A stretch of DNA of 64,000 nucleotides, taken from contig JAZDED010000034.1 in assembly GCA_043809145.1 (NCBI GenBank), positions 6,423 to 70,422 on the forward strand, given 5' to 3'. The notes beneath the pieces were generated by a model that saw only the letters and a program-made list of their open reading frames with translations, had not been told where the DNA came from and searched no databases. Both the position numbers and the translations under genes were made by a program. Below, piece after piece: positions 48,721 to 59,229 of this stretch (the stretch's first letter is position 1; every line of letters begins with the position of its first letter). The stretch is from Candidatus Omnitrophota bacterium (lineage in GTDB: Bacteria > Omnitrophota > Gorgyraeia > Gygaellales > Profunditerraquicolaceae).

Positions 48721-49746
48721 TTATTTTACCGACGCGCAAGATTCCCTAACGATTAATTCTGTCTGAAGAAGCATCCTCTTTATTTTAGGTTTATCCTTGG
48801 CATCCATTAAAACCTTTAATTCCTTGACTGCCTGTTCCGCCATCCTGACCAAAGGCTGCCGGACTGTGGTCAGGGCTACCGGCCCATACAAGCCTGAAGG
48901 ATTATCGTCATAACCGATAATCGACAAATCATTAGGCACCTTAAGGCCTTTTTCGACTACGACTGTCATAACCTCCAGGGCCATGGAATCGGAAGAAACA
49001 AAAACTGCCGTAGGCCTCTTAGGAATTTTAAGTATCTTCTCAGCGGCAATACGCGCCTGGCCGCGAGAATAATCTGTTTTTAACACATAGCCTTCGTTAA
49101 AACTTATCCTATTTTTCTCTAAAGAACGCTTGTAACCCTCCAGGCGCTGCAACGCAGACTGTGTATTCAAATCCCCGGAAATATGCACTATATTCTTATG
49201 GCCCAATCCAACCAGATAATCCACGGCATTTTCCGCACCGCCTATATTATCTATGGCAATGTAGCTGACGGCAAAGTTCGTTACACAATTGTTTATTACA
49301 ATAACCGGAACTCCAGAAACCAAGGCTTCTTCTAATTGGATGCGATTACCGATAATGTCGGCGAATATGACTCCCCCAAGGCCGTTAAAATTAATCCGAT
49401 TGTTGCTATCGGTAATATTAAGTAATAAATCAAGTTTTAATACCTGACAAAGCGTCCCTATGCCGCGGATAAGCTCTAAGAGGTAAAATGAATAAAACAT
49501 TCCTTCGTAACGCGGAATTATAAGGCTAATAACATTACTTTTGCCGGTGGCCAAACGCTGCGCCAGAAGCGAAGGCTGATAATTAAGCTGCTTTATTACT
49601 TCCAGGACTTTTTGCTGGCTCTTCTCCTTAACCGAAGGAAATTTATTGATAACACGAGACACGGTGCTGATAGATACACCGGAGGCGCGGGCAACATCCT
49701 TTATGGAAAATCGAGTCGTAGAAGGGGTTTTTTTGGTTCGAACCAT
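48721..49746 (-). CDS. LacI family regulator
   Basis: SIKDVARASGVSISTVSRVIN, VPNDLSIIGYD, LTTVRQP. Confidence 0.95.
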   Translation of the reverse strand: MVRTKKTPSTTRFSIKDVARASGVSISTVSRVINKFPSVKEKSQQKVLEVIKQLNYQPSLLAQRLATGKSNVISLIIPRYEGMFYSFYLLELIRGIGTLCQVLKLDLLLNITDSNNRINFNGLGGVIFADIIGNRIQLEEALVSGVPVIVINNCVTNFAVSYIAIDNIGGAENAVDYLVGLGHKNIVHISGDLNTQSALQRLEGYKRSLEKNRISFNEGYVLKTDYSRGQARIAAEKILKIPKRPTAVFVSSDSMALEVMTVVVEKGLKVPNDLSIIGYDDNPSGLYGPVALTTVRQPLVRMAEQAVKELKVLMDAKDKPKIKRMLLQTELIVRESCASVK

Positions 49747-49758
49747 GAAAATAAAATA

Positions 49759-50955
49759 TTATTTAATCTTATCGCCTACATCTATGGCAACGGATTCGCT
49801 TTTTATATCGCAAGCCGAAATCTCTTCCCGGGTTTTAATTACTTCCAGCACTCCAATTGATTGACCGTTACGGTAAACTTCAAAAAGTTCACCTGTCTTA
49901 ACACCTTGTTTCTCACCTAAATTAATAATCACGAAGTTGTTCTCTTTATTAACTGAAATAACCTGGGGGTCTGTATTGGGAGTTTCTGCCACTGCTTGCC
50001 TTGCCTGCGGCCGCACTACAATAGGAGGCAATTGTACTGACTGGTGCCCGGCGAAAGCCTCAGAGATGCCTTCAGAAAGATTTGTATTCTTCTCCACATC
50101 ATACCTTAATTGATCCATCTGCAGCATTTTTTCTTTGACAAAGTTCTCCATCTTGCCTAGGCCTTCTTCCAAATCTTTATTCTTGCCTTCTATTTCCACA
50201 AGCTTTGCTTCCAACGCAACTTTACGCGCCGTAATACCATTAAGCTGCCGGCGTATAGCAGAATTCTCCGCCTTAATTCCTTTTACTTCAGATTGGATGC
50301 GAAATTTGTCTTCCTTTTCCCGCACTAGTTCCTGGGTAATAGCATCGGTAATCTTCTGGTTATACTCCATCTGCCTTTTTAAATCTTCAGACTGCCGATT
50401 AATGCTCTTAATATCCAGGTCTAAACTAACCTTCTCCCTAAGCAGCTTTTCATTCTCTAGTTTTATATTTTTCAATTCACTGCGCGCGTTATCCAGCTGA
50501 AATTCCAGATTCGTCTTCTGCTTTAATATGCCTGCCCAATAGATATCATCCGTAGGGGCTGCGGAACTTCGGCTGCCAGTTTCTCTTATTAAGGGCTGCT
50601 CTTGAGTTGATCTGGCAGAAACAGAAAGCTCTTTTAATCTAGCAGTCAAAAGCTCTTTGTCCTTATTTACCGCCTCCAGCTTTCTTTGATAATCTATTTT
50701 TTCCTTGGAGAACCTGTCCATCTCCATGGTCATTCTGTCGAGGTCCCGGGTCAACGAACTCACTCTGTCTTCGAGTTGCTTGCCCCTTCTCGAGGCATCA
50801 TCCAACTTCTTATCAGATATATTCTTTTGCTCAAAAAGCTTGGCATTCTCCTCTTCCAGTAAAGTCTTGGTATTCACCAGAAAAAGGTTAAGGGCAAGGC
50901 TAACCACTAATATTACCGCCAAACCTATAACCACGAATTTCATTTTATCCGGCAT
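49759..50955 (-). CDS. Membrane-anchored long coiled-coil protein with C-terminal beta domain
   Basis: TM helix, about 250 aa of heptads, C-terminal FVIINLG..GVK.GE.F.VYR (FlgT-C-like). Confidence 0.75.
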   Translation of the reverse strand: MPDKMKFVVIGLAVILVVSLALNLFLVNTKTLLEEENAKLFEQKNISDKKLDDASRRGKQLEDRVSSLTRDLDRMTMEMDRFSKEKIDYQRKLEAVNKDKELLTARLKELSVSARSTQEQPLIRETGSRSSAAPTDDIYWAGILKQKTNLEFQLDNARSELKNIKLENEKLLREKVSLDLDIKSINRQSEDLKRQMEYNQKITDAITQELVREKEDKFRIQSEVKGIKAENSAIRRQLNGITARKVALEAKLVEIEGKNKDLEEGLGKMENFVKEKMLQMDQLRYDVEKNTNLSEGISEAFAGHQSVQLPPIVVRPQARQAVAETPNTDPQVISVNKENNFVIINLGEKQGVKTGELFEVYRNGQSIGVLEVIKTREEISACDIKSESVAIDVGDKIK

Positions 50956-50965
50956 ACATCCTCCC

Positions 50966-52204
50966 CTAATCTAATTTTGCAAAAATCCTTTGCATTACCA
51001 GACTTCCCGCTCCCAAAGCAACAGCGTTTTCTCTAAGTCGTGAATACATAATCTTCAAATCTTCTGTACATTCCCGGAATGCCCAGTCTTTAACCGTAGA
51101 GATCACGCGGTTTAAGAAATCATCCCCGGCATCTTCCAGTCCTCCTCCGATAACCACCATCTCCGGGTTCAAAAGATTAACCAATGAAGCAATTTTAATC
51201 CCCAATCTTTTAGCTGCCCGGTCAAGGCAGGAAGTTACTATGTTGTGCCCCATGCGGTTAGCAATGAATACGCTCTTTAGATCTACATTATCTATATTCG
51301 CAGAGGTAATCTTGAAAAATGTTGCGGCTTCATCTTTACTTTTCGATAATTCCAATTTAATATCTTCAATAATGCCTAAATCCATCTCCCATCGTTTCAA
51401 CAAACAATCATTACCGATATCGCATTTAAACAGGTCTTGCTCTTTGTAATTATAAACCGCAACCTCTCCCGCGTAACCTTGCGCGCCGCGGTAAAGCTTA
51501 CCGTCCATGATAATACCGCAACCGACCCCTGAAAACATATAAAGCAAATTTTTTACCTGATTATCCTGGCCCAGCCAGTATTCTCCGAAGCAGGCGCTGG
51601 TAGCGTCATTTTCAATCAGGGTTGTCAGATTAAATTCCCTTTCAATCAACTCGCGAAAAGAAAGTTCAACCGAGGCATAGGTATAGTAGTGATCCATCTT
51701 CTGAGGCCAATGCACTGAACCATCCCTCTTATTAACTAACCCGGCTACACCCAGGCCTATACCTTTGATGTTGGCGGTATAATCTTTAGAGCGCCTTAAA
51801 ACCTCGCGAATAATCTCCAGGAGGCATTCGGCAATCTCATTAACCGAAGCCTTGGGCCTGGCAATCTGAGTCTTAGTGATGATATTGCCTTTTAAATCAA
51901 TGAGCAATCCGACCATATTCATGAGGTTTAACCCCACCCCTATGGCATACCCGCCTTCGGGGTTTAAGTCAACCAACGTGGGCCTTCTTCCGCCCTCTGA
52001 ACGGTCTAATTCTCTTTCAAAAACAATATTTTTCTTGATAAACTCGTCAATATAGCTGGATACAGTTACGACATTTATCCCGATTTCTTTGGAGATATCC
52101 GGACGGCTTAACGGCCCGAATTTCTTTAATACCTCCAGGATATCAATGTTACGTCTTTCTTTTTCAGTAAAGTTATCTTTGTGGAATTCTCTGGACAGGG
52201 TCAT
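50966..52204 (-). CDS. ROK family transcriptional repressor
   Basis: N-terminal HTH, GGRRP, IENDA, GVGCGII, NLLNPE.VVIGG. Confidence 0.92.
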   Translation of the reverse strand: MTLSREFHKDNFTEKERRNIDILEVLKKFGPLSRPDISKEIGINVVTVSSYIDEFIKKNIVFERELDRSEGGRRPTLVDLNPEGGYAIGVGLNLMNMVGLLIDLKGNIITKTQIARPKASVNEIAECLLEIIREVLRRSKDYTANIKGIGLGVAGLVNKRDGSVHWPQKMDHYYTYASVELSFRELIEREFNLTTLIENDATSACFGEYWLGQDNQVKNLLYMFSGVGCGIIMDGKLYRGAQGYAGEVAVYNYKEQDLFKCDIGNDCLLKRWEMDLGIIEDIKLELSKSKDEAATFFKITSANIDNVDLKSVFIANRMGHNIVTSCLDRAAKRLGIKIASLVNLLNPEMVVIGGGLEDAGDDFLNRVISTVKDWAFRECTEDLKIMYSRLRENAVALGAGSLVMQRIFAKLD

Positions 52205-52407
52205 TCTTGGATTGGAATGATATAGCTTAATAGAAATAAAATTTATAATCTATAAATAATTTACTTATTTATACTACCAATAATGTTGCAAGTCAAGTAT
52301 TTTTAAATATTCGCAAAGATTTTTCTAAACGAAAACCGTTCCTATTGCCGCCTCAAAACCTCTGCTTGCATAAAATAACCTCAGCAAACATTATAATCTT
52401 CTTGCGA

Positions 52408-52435
52408 TTGACTATTAAATAAAAATTGGTATAAT
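52408..52435 (+). promoter_or_regulatory. Promoter for tRNA-Thr and probably MFS-rnf
   Basis: TTGACT-16-TATAAT with TG extension. Confidence 0.6.
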
Positions 52436-52466
52436 TATACAGGTTTCACAACAGGTTAACTTAAGC

Positions 52467-52538
52467 GCCGATGTGGCTCAATGGTAGAGCAAGGCTTTCG
52501 TAAAGCCTGGGTTGGTGGTTCGATTCCACTCATCGGCT
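52467..52538 (+). tRNA. tRNA-Thr (CGT)
   Basis: Acceptor GCCGATG/CATCGGC, anticodon arm AGGCT-TTCGTAA-AGCCT, GTTCGATT T-loop; CCA not encoded. Confidence 0.92.
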
Positions 52539-52547
52539 AAATTAAAA

Positions 52548-53804
52548 ATGTCAAATTTTCGAATAATACTTAAAAACAGGGATTTTCTGCTCTTATGGAG
52601 CGGGCAGATCATTTCGCAAATTGGCGACCGGCTTAACCAGATGGCTTTGATTGCCTTTGTTTACCTGCGCGCTCCCGGGTCATCCATTGAAATAGCTAAA
52701 ATCCTCTCTTTTACCATTATGCCGGTATTCATCATCGGCCCTATCGCCGGCGCCTATGTGGACCGCTGGAATAGACGCCAGACAATGTTTACCTGCGATT
52801 TCCTGCGCGCTATACTGATCCTGTTTATACCTCTATTTCTATTCCACGCTAAAAGCCTAACCTGGGTTATATACCTGATTATATTTATAGTCTTTTCCAT
52901 CAGCCGTTTTTTTGTCCCGGCAAAACTGGCCATCATACCTGACCTGGTAAAAAAAGAAGAACTCCTCATGGCAAATTCCCTTATCAACACCACCGGCATG
53001 ATTGCTGCCATACTGGGATTCGGCATAAGCGGGATAATTGTAGAAAAGATCGGCGCTCAAGGAGGATTTTACCTGGATACCTTTAGCTTCCTGGTCTCAG
53101 GAACGCTAATATTTATGATCGCTAAAAGAACGGGCCTCTCCCTTAATCTTAAAAAAGTAGGTAAGGAATTCGTGGGCTCTATACGTAAATCTCTGTTCCA
53201 GGAAATTAAAGAGGGTATCCTCTATTTTATTAAAAACAAAGAGATCCGGCTTACCACGGGCATCATCTTCGTGCTCTGGTCAGCCCTGGGAGCGGTTTAC
53301 GTGGTAGCAATTGTCTTTATACAAGAATCCCTGCACTCAGCTACCAAAGATTTGGGCCTCTTAGCCATGTTCCTGGGCTTAGGGCTACTCTGCGGCTCTT
53401 TATTTTATGGCCGCTTCGGACAGCGTTTATCACAGTATAAAATAATATTTGTATCTTTAATATTAAGCGGTTTAATGCTCATTGTTTTTGCCCTGGGGAT
53501 CGAGCGCTACCCATCCCTATCGCTGGCGGCAACATTGTCTTTTGCCCTGGGTTTATTCATTGCTCCGATTATGATTGCCTCCAACACGATCATCCATAAT
53601 GTAAGCCATAACCATATGATGGGCAAGATCTTCAGCTCCCTGGAAATCGTAATGCATCTGGGATTCGTAATCTTTATGTTTGTAACCAGCTTCTGGGCAG
53701 AGAAGGTTAATCCTACTATTATCCTGGTTACAGCCGGCTTCATCGTAACTAACCTCGGCGTTATCAACCTTATTACCGACCGCAGAAAGAAATGGTCAAT
53801 TTAA
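52548..53804 (+). CDS. MFS transporter
   Basis: LWSGQIISQIGD, GAYVDRWNRR, about 12 TM; start ATG 52548. Confidence 0.92.
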   Translation: MSNFRIILKNRDFLLLWSGQIISQIGDRLNQMALIAFVYLRAPGSSIEIAKILSFTIMPVFIIGPIAGAYVDRWNRRQTMFTCDFLRAILILFIPLFLFHAKSLTWVIYLIIFIVFSISRFFVPAKLAIIPDLVKKEELLMANSLINTTGMIAAILGFGISGIIVEKIGAQGGFYLDTFSFLVSGTLIFMIAKRTGLSLNLKKVGKEFVGSIRKSLFQEIKEGILYFIKNKEIRLTTGIIFVLWSALGAVYVVAIVFIQESLHSATKDLGLLAMFLGLGLLCGSLFYGRFGQRLSQYKIIFVSLILSGLMLIVFALGIERYPSLSLAATLSFALGLFIAPIMIASNTIIHNVSHNHMMGKIFSSLEIVMHLGFVIFMFVTSFWAEKVNPTIILVTAGFIVTNLGVINLITDRRKKWSI

Positions 53805-55063
53805 AAGAAAATAAACACCGCACCGAACACAAGCAAATTGAATCAATCCCAGCGCCTAAAAGAGCTTATATATCATTGAATCAACAGCTTAAAAAAAGCT
53901 TTTCACCGCTGGTAAAAGCAGGTGACCAGGTACTTAAGGGGCAGAAGATTGCCAGTATTAAAGAAGGCATATATTCGGCTATTCACTCTCCCATATCGGG
54001 AAAGATCTTTTCTATCCAGGATTCCCCGCATCAGGTATTGGGAAAAGGCAAAGCTATTATTATCGATAATGATTTTCAGGAAAAAAGTGTTGCTACATAC
54101 CTACGCACACAGAAAGAAATCGATAGCCTGGACGCGCAAGAGTTACGCGCAATAATACGCGAAACAGGAATAGTCGGATTAGGCGGAGCAGGTTTTCCCA
54201 GTTATATAAAACTCACCCCCCCAAGACCAATACATACATTGATTATTAACGGCGCGGAATGCGAGCCCTACCTGACCTGCGATTACCGCATTATGTTAGA
54301 AAAGACCGAAGAAATAATCCTGGGCATAGGGCTAATTGCCAGGTGTTTAGGCGCAAAGGATATATATATAGGTATAGAAGATAATAAACCCAAAGCTATA
54401 GAAAAATTCAGGTCCAAGGGGCAAGGATTAAAAGTTAAAGTCTTAAAAAGCTTTTACCCGCAGGGAGGAGAAAAACAGATTATAAAGAATATAACCAATA
54501 ACGAAGTAGAGCGAGGGAAACTTCCTTTTGACTCTGGAGTAGTCGTACAAAACGTTGGGACAGCGCTATCCATTTACGAAGCAGTCTATCTTAATAAACC
54601 GCTTTTTGAGAGGGTAATGACCGTAACCGGGAGTTGCCTGGTTAACCCTAAAAATCTTAAAGTCTGTATCGGTACCCCTATTAAAGAACTGATTGATTTC
54701 TGCGGTCCACTTAAAGAAAATCCGGCAAAGATAGTCATTGGCGGCCCGATGATGGGCATCGCCCAAAACAATGTTATGACCCCGGTTATAAAATCCACTA
54801 CCGGAGTTATCCTCTTCAATAAAAAAGAGGCTCAAACCACGGATGAAGAACCTTGCATCCGCTGCGCAGCCTGCGTAAGGGAATGCCCGGTAGGGCTAAT
54901 GCCCTGCATGATAAATTTAGCTTCAATAAAACAGTTATGGCCGCAAGCTAAAGATTTCGGCGCTCTGGACTGTATTGAATGCGGATTATGCAGTTATGTC
55001 TGCCCGGCTAACCGCAGATTAGTTCAATCAATAAAAATGGCAAAACTAGAGGCAATTGTATGA
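53792..55063 (+). CDS. rnfC: Rnf complex subunit C
   Basis: GLGGAGFP, NGAECEPYLT, YPQGGEK, CIRCAAC, CIECGLC. Confidence 0.95.
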   Translation: MVNLKENKHRTEHKQIESIPAPKRAYISLNQQLKKSFSPLVKAGDQVLKGQKIASIKEGIYSAIHSPISGKIFSIQDSPHQVLGKGKAIIIDNDFQEKSVATYLRTQKEIDSLDAQELRAIIRETGIVGLGGAGFPSYIKLTPPRPIHTLIINGAECEPYLTCDYRIMLEKTEEIILGIGLIARCLGAKDIYIGIEDNKPKAIEKFRSKGQGLKVKVLKSFYPQGGEKQIIKNITNNEVERGKLPFDSGVVVQNVGTALSIYEAVYLNKPLFERVMTVTGSCLVNPKNLKVCIGTPIKELIDFCGPLKENPAKIVIGGPMMGIAQNNVMTPVIKSTTGVILFNKKEAQTTDEEPCIRCAACVRECPVGLMPCMINLASIKQLWPQAKDFGALDCIECGLCSYVCPANRRLVQSIKMAKLEAIV

Positions 55064-55581
55064 AAGACTTGTTTAAATATGGACTCGTATTAGGGGTTAT
55101 ATGCGCGATAGCTACCGGCCTTCTGGCGGGAATGAACGCGCTTACTCAACCCAGAATTATTGCCCAGGCTGCCGAAGAACTAAATAATAGCCTAAAAGAA
55201 ATCCTGCCTGAAGCGGCTAGTTTTGAAGCAGTAACCCGTGAAGAAAAAATTATTTATTACAAGGCCTACGATTCACGAAAGAATATTATTGGCGCAGCTT
55301 TTAAGGCAAGCGCTAAAGGATACTCCAGTACCATTGAAACACTTGTAGGCATGTTAAAAAACGGCCAGATAACCGCGATTAAAGTAATAGACCAGAATGA
55401 AACCCCGGGTTTGGGAAGCCAAATAACAGATAAAGGCTTCTGCGGTCAATTCAGCAATAAAGGTATCTCTGGCCTATCAGATATTCATGCAATAACCGGA
55501 GCAACCATATCTTCCCGGGCGGTAATAGATTCAGTAAAGCAGAAATCACAGGAAATCGGGGAATTAATAAAAAATGAATAA
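55060..55581 (+). CDS. rnfG: Rnf complex subunit G
   Basis: N-terminal TM, GY, ETPGLG, ITGATISS FMN site. Confidence 0.93.
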   Translation: MKDLFKYGLVLGVICAIATGLLAGMNALTQPRIIAQAAEELNNSLKEILPEAASFEAVTREEKIIYYKAYDSRKNIIGAAFKASAKGYSSTIETLVGMLKNGQITAIKVIDQNETPGLGSQITDKGFCGQFSNKGISGLSDIHAITGATISSRAVIDSVKQKSQEIGELIKNE

Positions 55582-56518
55582 GCCGTTAATAGTAAATAGC
55601 TGGCCGCATCTACACACCAAAGAATCCGTAAAACGTATTATGTGGTTGGTAACATTAAGCCTGGTACCAACCGGTTTTATGGGTGTGCGCATCTTCGGCT
55701 GGAATTCGTTATGGGTAATAGCCATTAGCGTATCCGCGGCATTAGCTACTGAGTTAATCTTTCAGCTTCTTACCAGAAGAAAAATAACCCTTGGAGATGG
55801 AAGCGCATTCCTGACCGGACTCTTATTAGCCTACAACCTGCCTCCGGAAATACCCTTCTGGATTCCCCTTGTAGGTTCATTCTTTGCTATTGCTATAGGA
55901 AAACAGGTCTTTGGCGGATTAGGGCAAAATATTTTTAATCCGGCCCTGGTCGGCAGGGCATTTTTGGTTGCTTCCTGGCCAAAATATATGACTAATTTTA
56001 CCCGGCCTTTTAATTATGACGCCGTAACTCAAGCCACTCCCCTGGCCCTGCTTAAAGAAGGAAGCCTAGAGCCTCACTTGTCATATTTGGACCTCTTTCT
56101 CGGCTATCGGGGCGGATGTATAGGAGAAGTTTGTATCTGGGCGCTTTTACTGGGAGCAGCATTTCTGCTTATTAAAGGCTACATCAGCTGGCACACACCT
56201 TTTACTTATATAGGCAGTGTGGCTGTATTCACTTATGCCTTCGGCGGAAAAACCGGATTATTTACCGGCGATTGGATATTCCATCTTTTAACCGGGGGAT
56301 TAATCCTAGGAGCTTTCTTTATGGCTACTGATTATGTAACCAGCCCTCTTACGGCAAAGGGACAGATTATATTCGGTATAGGTTGCGGAATACTAACCTC
56401 CGTAATCCGTATTTGGGGCGGATATCCTGAAGGAGTATCATATTCTATACTTATGATGAATGCTGCCGCTCCTTTTATTGATCGTTATACAAAGAACAGA
56501 ATATACGGATCAAAATAG
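55574..56518 (+). CDS. rnfD: Rnf complex subunit D
   Basis: KQVFGGLGQNIFNPA, TQATPL, FMATD. Confidence 0.95.
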   Translation: MNKPLIVNSWPHLHTKESVKRIMWLVTLSLVPTGFMGVRIFGWNSLWVIAISVSAALATELIFQLLTRRKITLGDGSAFLTGLLLAYNLPPEIPFWIPLVGSFFAIAIGKQVFGGLGQNIFNPALVGRAFLVASWPKYMTNFTRPFNYDAVTQATPLALLKEGSLEPHLSYLDLFLGYRGGCIGEVCIWALLLGAAFLLIKGYISWHTPFTYIGSVAVFTYAFGGKTGLFTGDWIFHLLTGGLILGAFFMATDYVTSPLTAKGQIIFGIGCGILTSVIRIWGGYPEGVSYSILMMNAAAPFIDRYTKNRIYGSK

Positions 56519-56548
56519 CTATTGGTTTAAAAGCCTGAATAATTAAAT

Positions 56549-57142
56549 ATGAAAAACTTAATAAAAGAGTTCGCAAAAGGGATTATTAAGGAAAACCCCA
56601 CTTTCGTATTAGCGCTGGGGCTTTGCCCAACCCTGGCTGTATCCGTATCGTTAATAAACGGTATCGGTATGGGCATAGCTGCCACTTTTGTACTGCTAGG
56701 TTCCAATATTATTATTGCCTTATTAAAAAATTTTATTCCGGCTAAAGTACGGATACCCTGTTTTATCGTAGTCATTGCCACTTTCGTAACCATAGTTGAA
56801 ATGCTCATGAAAGCCTATAGCCCGGCTTTAAACCGCGCGCTGGGAATCTATGTCCCGCTTATCGTAGTTAATTGCATGGTTCTGGGCAGAGCAGAGGCCT
56901 TTGCTTCCAAGAATTCAATGGTTAAGTCTTTCTTTGACGGTTTAGGTATGGGTATTGGCTTTACTCTGGCCCTGGCCCTTATTTCTGCCGTACGGGAAGT
57001 ACTTGGCGCAGGAAAAATTATGGGATATACATTAATTAAAGGGTTTAATCCGGCATTAATATTCAGCCTTCCCGCAGGAGCACTTTTGGTTATCGGCTTA
57101 CTACTGGGTTTTTTTAACATCTTTAAAGAAAGAAGAAAATGA
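56549..57142 (+). CDS. rnfE: Rnf complex subunit E
   Basis: LGLCPTLAV, VRIP, PLIVVNC, RAEAFA. Confidence 0.95.
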   Translation: MKNLIKEFAKGIIKENPTFVLALGLCPTLAVSVSLINGIGMGIAATFVLLGSNIIIALLKNFIPAKVRIPCFIVVIATFVTIVEMLMKAYSPALNRALGIYVPLIVVNCMVLGRAEAFASKNSMVKSFFDGLGMGIGFTLALALISAVREVLGAGKIMGYTLIKGFNPALIFSLPAGALLVIGLLLGFFNIFKERRK

Positions 57143-57747
57143 ACTTCTCTTATTTCTTAAGCATTTTTATTCAATCAGTTTTTGTCTATAATGTCGTCCT
57201 CTCGCGCTTTCTGGGGTTATGCCCATTCATTGCCATCTCCAAGGAAACCAAGCCTGCTTTTGCTATGAGCCTGGCTGTTACCTTTGTAATTACCACCTCC
57301 AGTATTATTACCTGGTTTATCTACCGCTTCCTGCTTATTCCTTTTAACCTGACCTATCTACGCACCATCTCTTTTATCTTGGTAATCGCCACATTTGTGC
57401 AACTGGTAGAAATGGTAATTAAAAAAATAAGCCCGCCGATGTACCGCCTGTTCGGAATCTATCTGCCTCTAATCACGGTTAACTGCGCTGTTTTAGGCAT
57501 AGCGGTGCTTAATAGCGATATGTTTTTTGCCAATAATAAAGCAGTTGCCGGAAGTTTCGCTTTTTCTGTTTTTCAAGGGATATGCGCGGGAATTGGTTAT
57601 ACCCTGGCAATGCTGCTTATGTCGGGAATAAGGGAAAGGCTGGAATATTGCAACGTGCCAAAAGCAGTCAGAAATTTACCTCTGGCTTTTATCATTGCTT
57701 CTATTATCAGTTTGAGCTTCACCGGATTTAACGGTTTCAAATTTTAG
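57139..57747 (+). CDS. rnfA: Rnf complex subunit A
   Basis: FLGLCPF, VQLVEM, PLITVNCAVLG, GIRERL. Confidence 0.95.
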   Translation: MNFSYFLSIFIQSVFVYNVVLSRFLGLCPFIAISKETKPAFAMSLAVTFVITTSSIITWFIYRFLLIPFNLTYLRTISFILVIATFVQLVEMVIKKISPPMYRLFGIYLPLITVNCAVLGIAVLNSDMFFANNKAVAGSFAFSVFQGICAGIGYTLAMLLMSGIRERLEYCNVPKAVRNLPLAFIIASIISLSFTGFNGFKF

Positions 57748-57796
57748 CCAGGTAAAATTTTAGTTCACCCTAAGAACCGCCCTTAAGATATACAAT

Positions 57797-58588
57797 ATGG
57801 AAATATTATTACCTACAATAATGCTGAGCTTGCTCGGGTTAATCTTCGGCCTTGGCCTGGCTTTAGCCTCAAAAAAGTTAGCGGTTAAAGTCGACCCTAA
57901 ACTGGATAAAATCCACAACCTTCTTCCGGGTACTAACTGCGGGGCCTGCGGAGAAGCGGGATGTTTCGGTTTCGCTGAGGCAGTCTTTACCGGAAAGTCA
58001 AAAATAGACGCCTGCCGCAGCTCTAGCGATGAAACTAAAGAAAGAATTGCCGAAGTCCTGGGAAGAAAATTAATCAAGGATATAAAAAAAATAGCAGTAC
58101 TACATTGTAACGGCGGCAACAGAGTAAAAAATAAATTTGTTTATGACGGCATAGCAGAATGCCGGGCAGTAAATTTAACCCTGGGCGGGCAAAAGGAATG
58201 CTTTTTCGGCTGCCTGGGTTTTGACACCTGCGCCAGAATCTGCCCATTTAATGCTATCAGCATGGGTAAAGACGGCCTGCCTCTGGTTGACAAAGAGAGG
58301 TGCCGTGCCTGTAATAAATGTGTTAAGGCCTGTCCAAAGAAATTATTCAGCCTCATCCCGCAAGCAGCTCTTGTCTATGTAGCCTGCCTCTCCCATGACT
58401 CAGGAAAAGATACCCAGACAGCCTGCCCGGTCGGATGTATTGCCTGCGGACTATGCCAAAAAGCTTGCAAATTCGACGCCATACATATCATTGATAATCT
58501 GGCAATAATAGATTATAATAAATGTACGTCCTGCAAGGCATGCGTATCAGTATGCCCAAGAAAATGCATATTAGTTCGTAGTTCATAG
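57797..58588 (+). CDS. rnfB: Rnf complex subunit B (polyferredoxin)
   Basis: LPGTNCGACG..GC and several CxxCxxCxxxC motifs. Confidence 0.95.
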   Translation: MEILLPTIMLSLLGLIFGLGLALASKKLAVKVDPKLDKIHNLLPGTNCGACGEAGCFGFAEAVFTGKSKIDACRSSSDETKERIAEVLGRKLIKDIKKIAVLHCNGGNRVKNKFVYDGIAECRAVNLTLGGQKECFFGCLGFDTCARICPFNAISMGKDGLPLVDKERCRACNKCVKACPKKLFSLIPQAALVYVACLSHDSGKDTQTACPVGCIACGLCQKACKFDAIHIIDNLAIIDYNKCTSCKACVSVCPRKCILVRSS

Positions 58589-58609
58589 TTCATAGTTCTT
58601 AGTTCGTAG
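58572..58609. repeat. Heptamer tandem repeat (TAGTTCN)x5
   Basis: tagttcg tagttca tagttca tagttct tagttcg, spanning the rnfB stop. Confidence 0.85.
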
Positions 58610-58626
58610 ACAATCAGGAGTTTTAA

Positions 58627-59229
58627 ATGGAAAATATAGCCGTATTTGCTTCCGGAAAAGGCACAAATTTTACAGCCATAGCCAAGGCAGTCAAAAGCGG
58701 TTTAGTCAAAGCCAATCTATCCTTATTAGTCTGCGACCAACCAAAAGCCCTGGTGCTTAAAAGAGCCAAGAAAGAGGGAATCAAAAGTATAGTTATTCAA
58801 CGCGGCGGGTTTAAAAAAAGGCCTGATTTTGAAAATAAAATAGTAGCTGCCTTAAAAAAGGAAAAAATAGGCCTTATTGTTTTAGCCGGATTTATGCGCA
58901 TCTTAAGCCCGGCCTTTATAAAACTCTACCGGGGAAAAATCCTAAATATCCACCCATCCCTGCTCCCTTCTTTTAAAGGCAGTAATGCCATCAAAGATGC
59001 CTTTAATTACGGCGCAAAACTAACCGGAGTAACCGTACATTTTATTGATGAATTAGTAGACCATGGACCGATAATCCTGCAAAAAGAAGTCTTGATTAAA
59101 AATAATGACACCCTGCCAATGCTAGAAAAAAGAATCCATAACCTAGAGCACAAACTATATCCTCAGGCTATCAGGTTATTTCTAAAGGGGGGTTTAAAGA
59201 TTAAATCCAGAAGGGTTTTAATTAACTAA
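58627..59229 (+). CDS. purN: Phosphoribosylglycinamide formyltransferase
   Basis: ASGKGTNF, LAGFMRIL, NIHPSLLP, DHGPII. Confidence 0.97.
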   Translation: MENIAVFASGKGTNFTAIAKAVKSGLVKANLSLLVCDQPKALVLKRAKKEGIKSIVIQRGGFKKRPDFENKIVAALKKEKIGLIVLAGFMRILSPAFIKLYRGKILNIHPSLLPSFKGSNAIKDAFNYGAKLTGVTVHFIDELVDHGPIILQKEVLIKNNDTLPMLEKRIHNLEHKLYPQAIRLFLKGGLKIKSRRVLIN

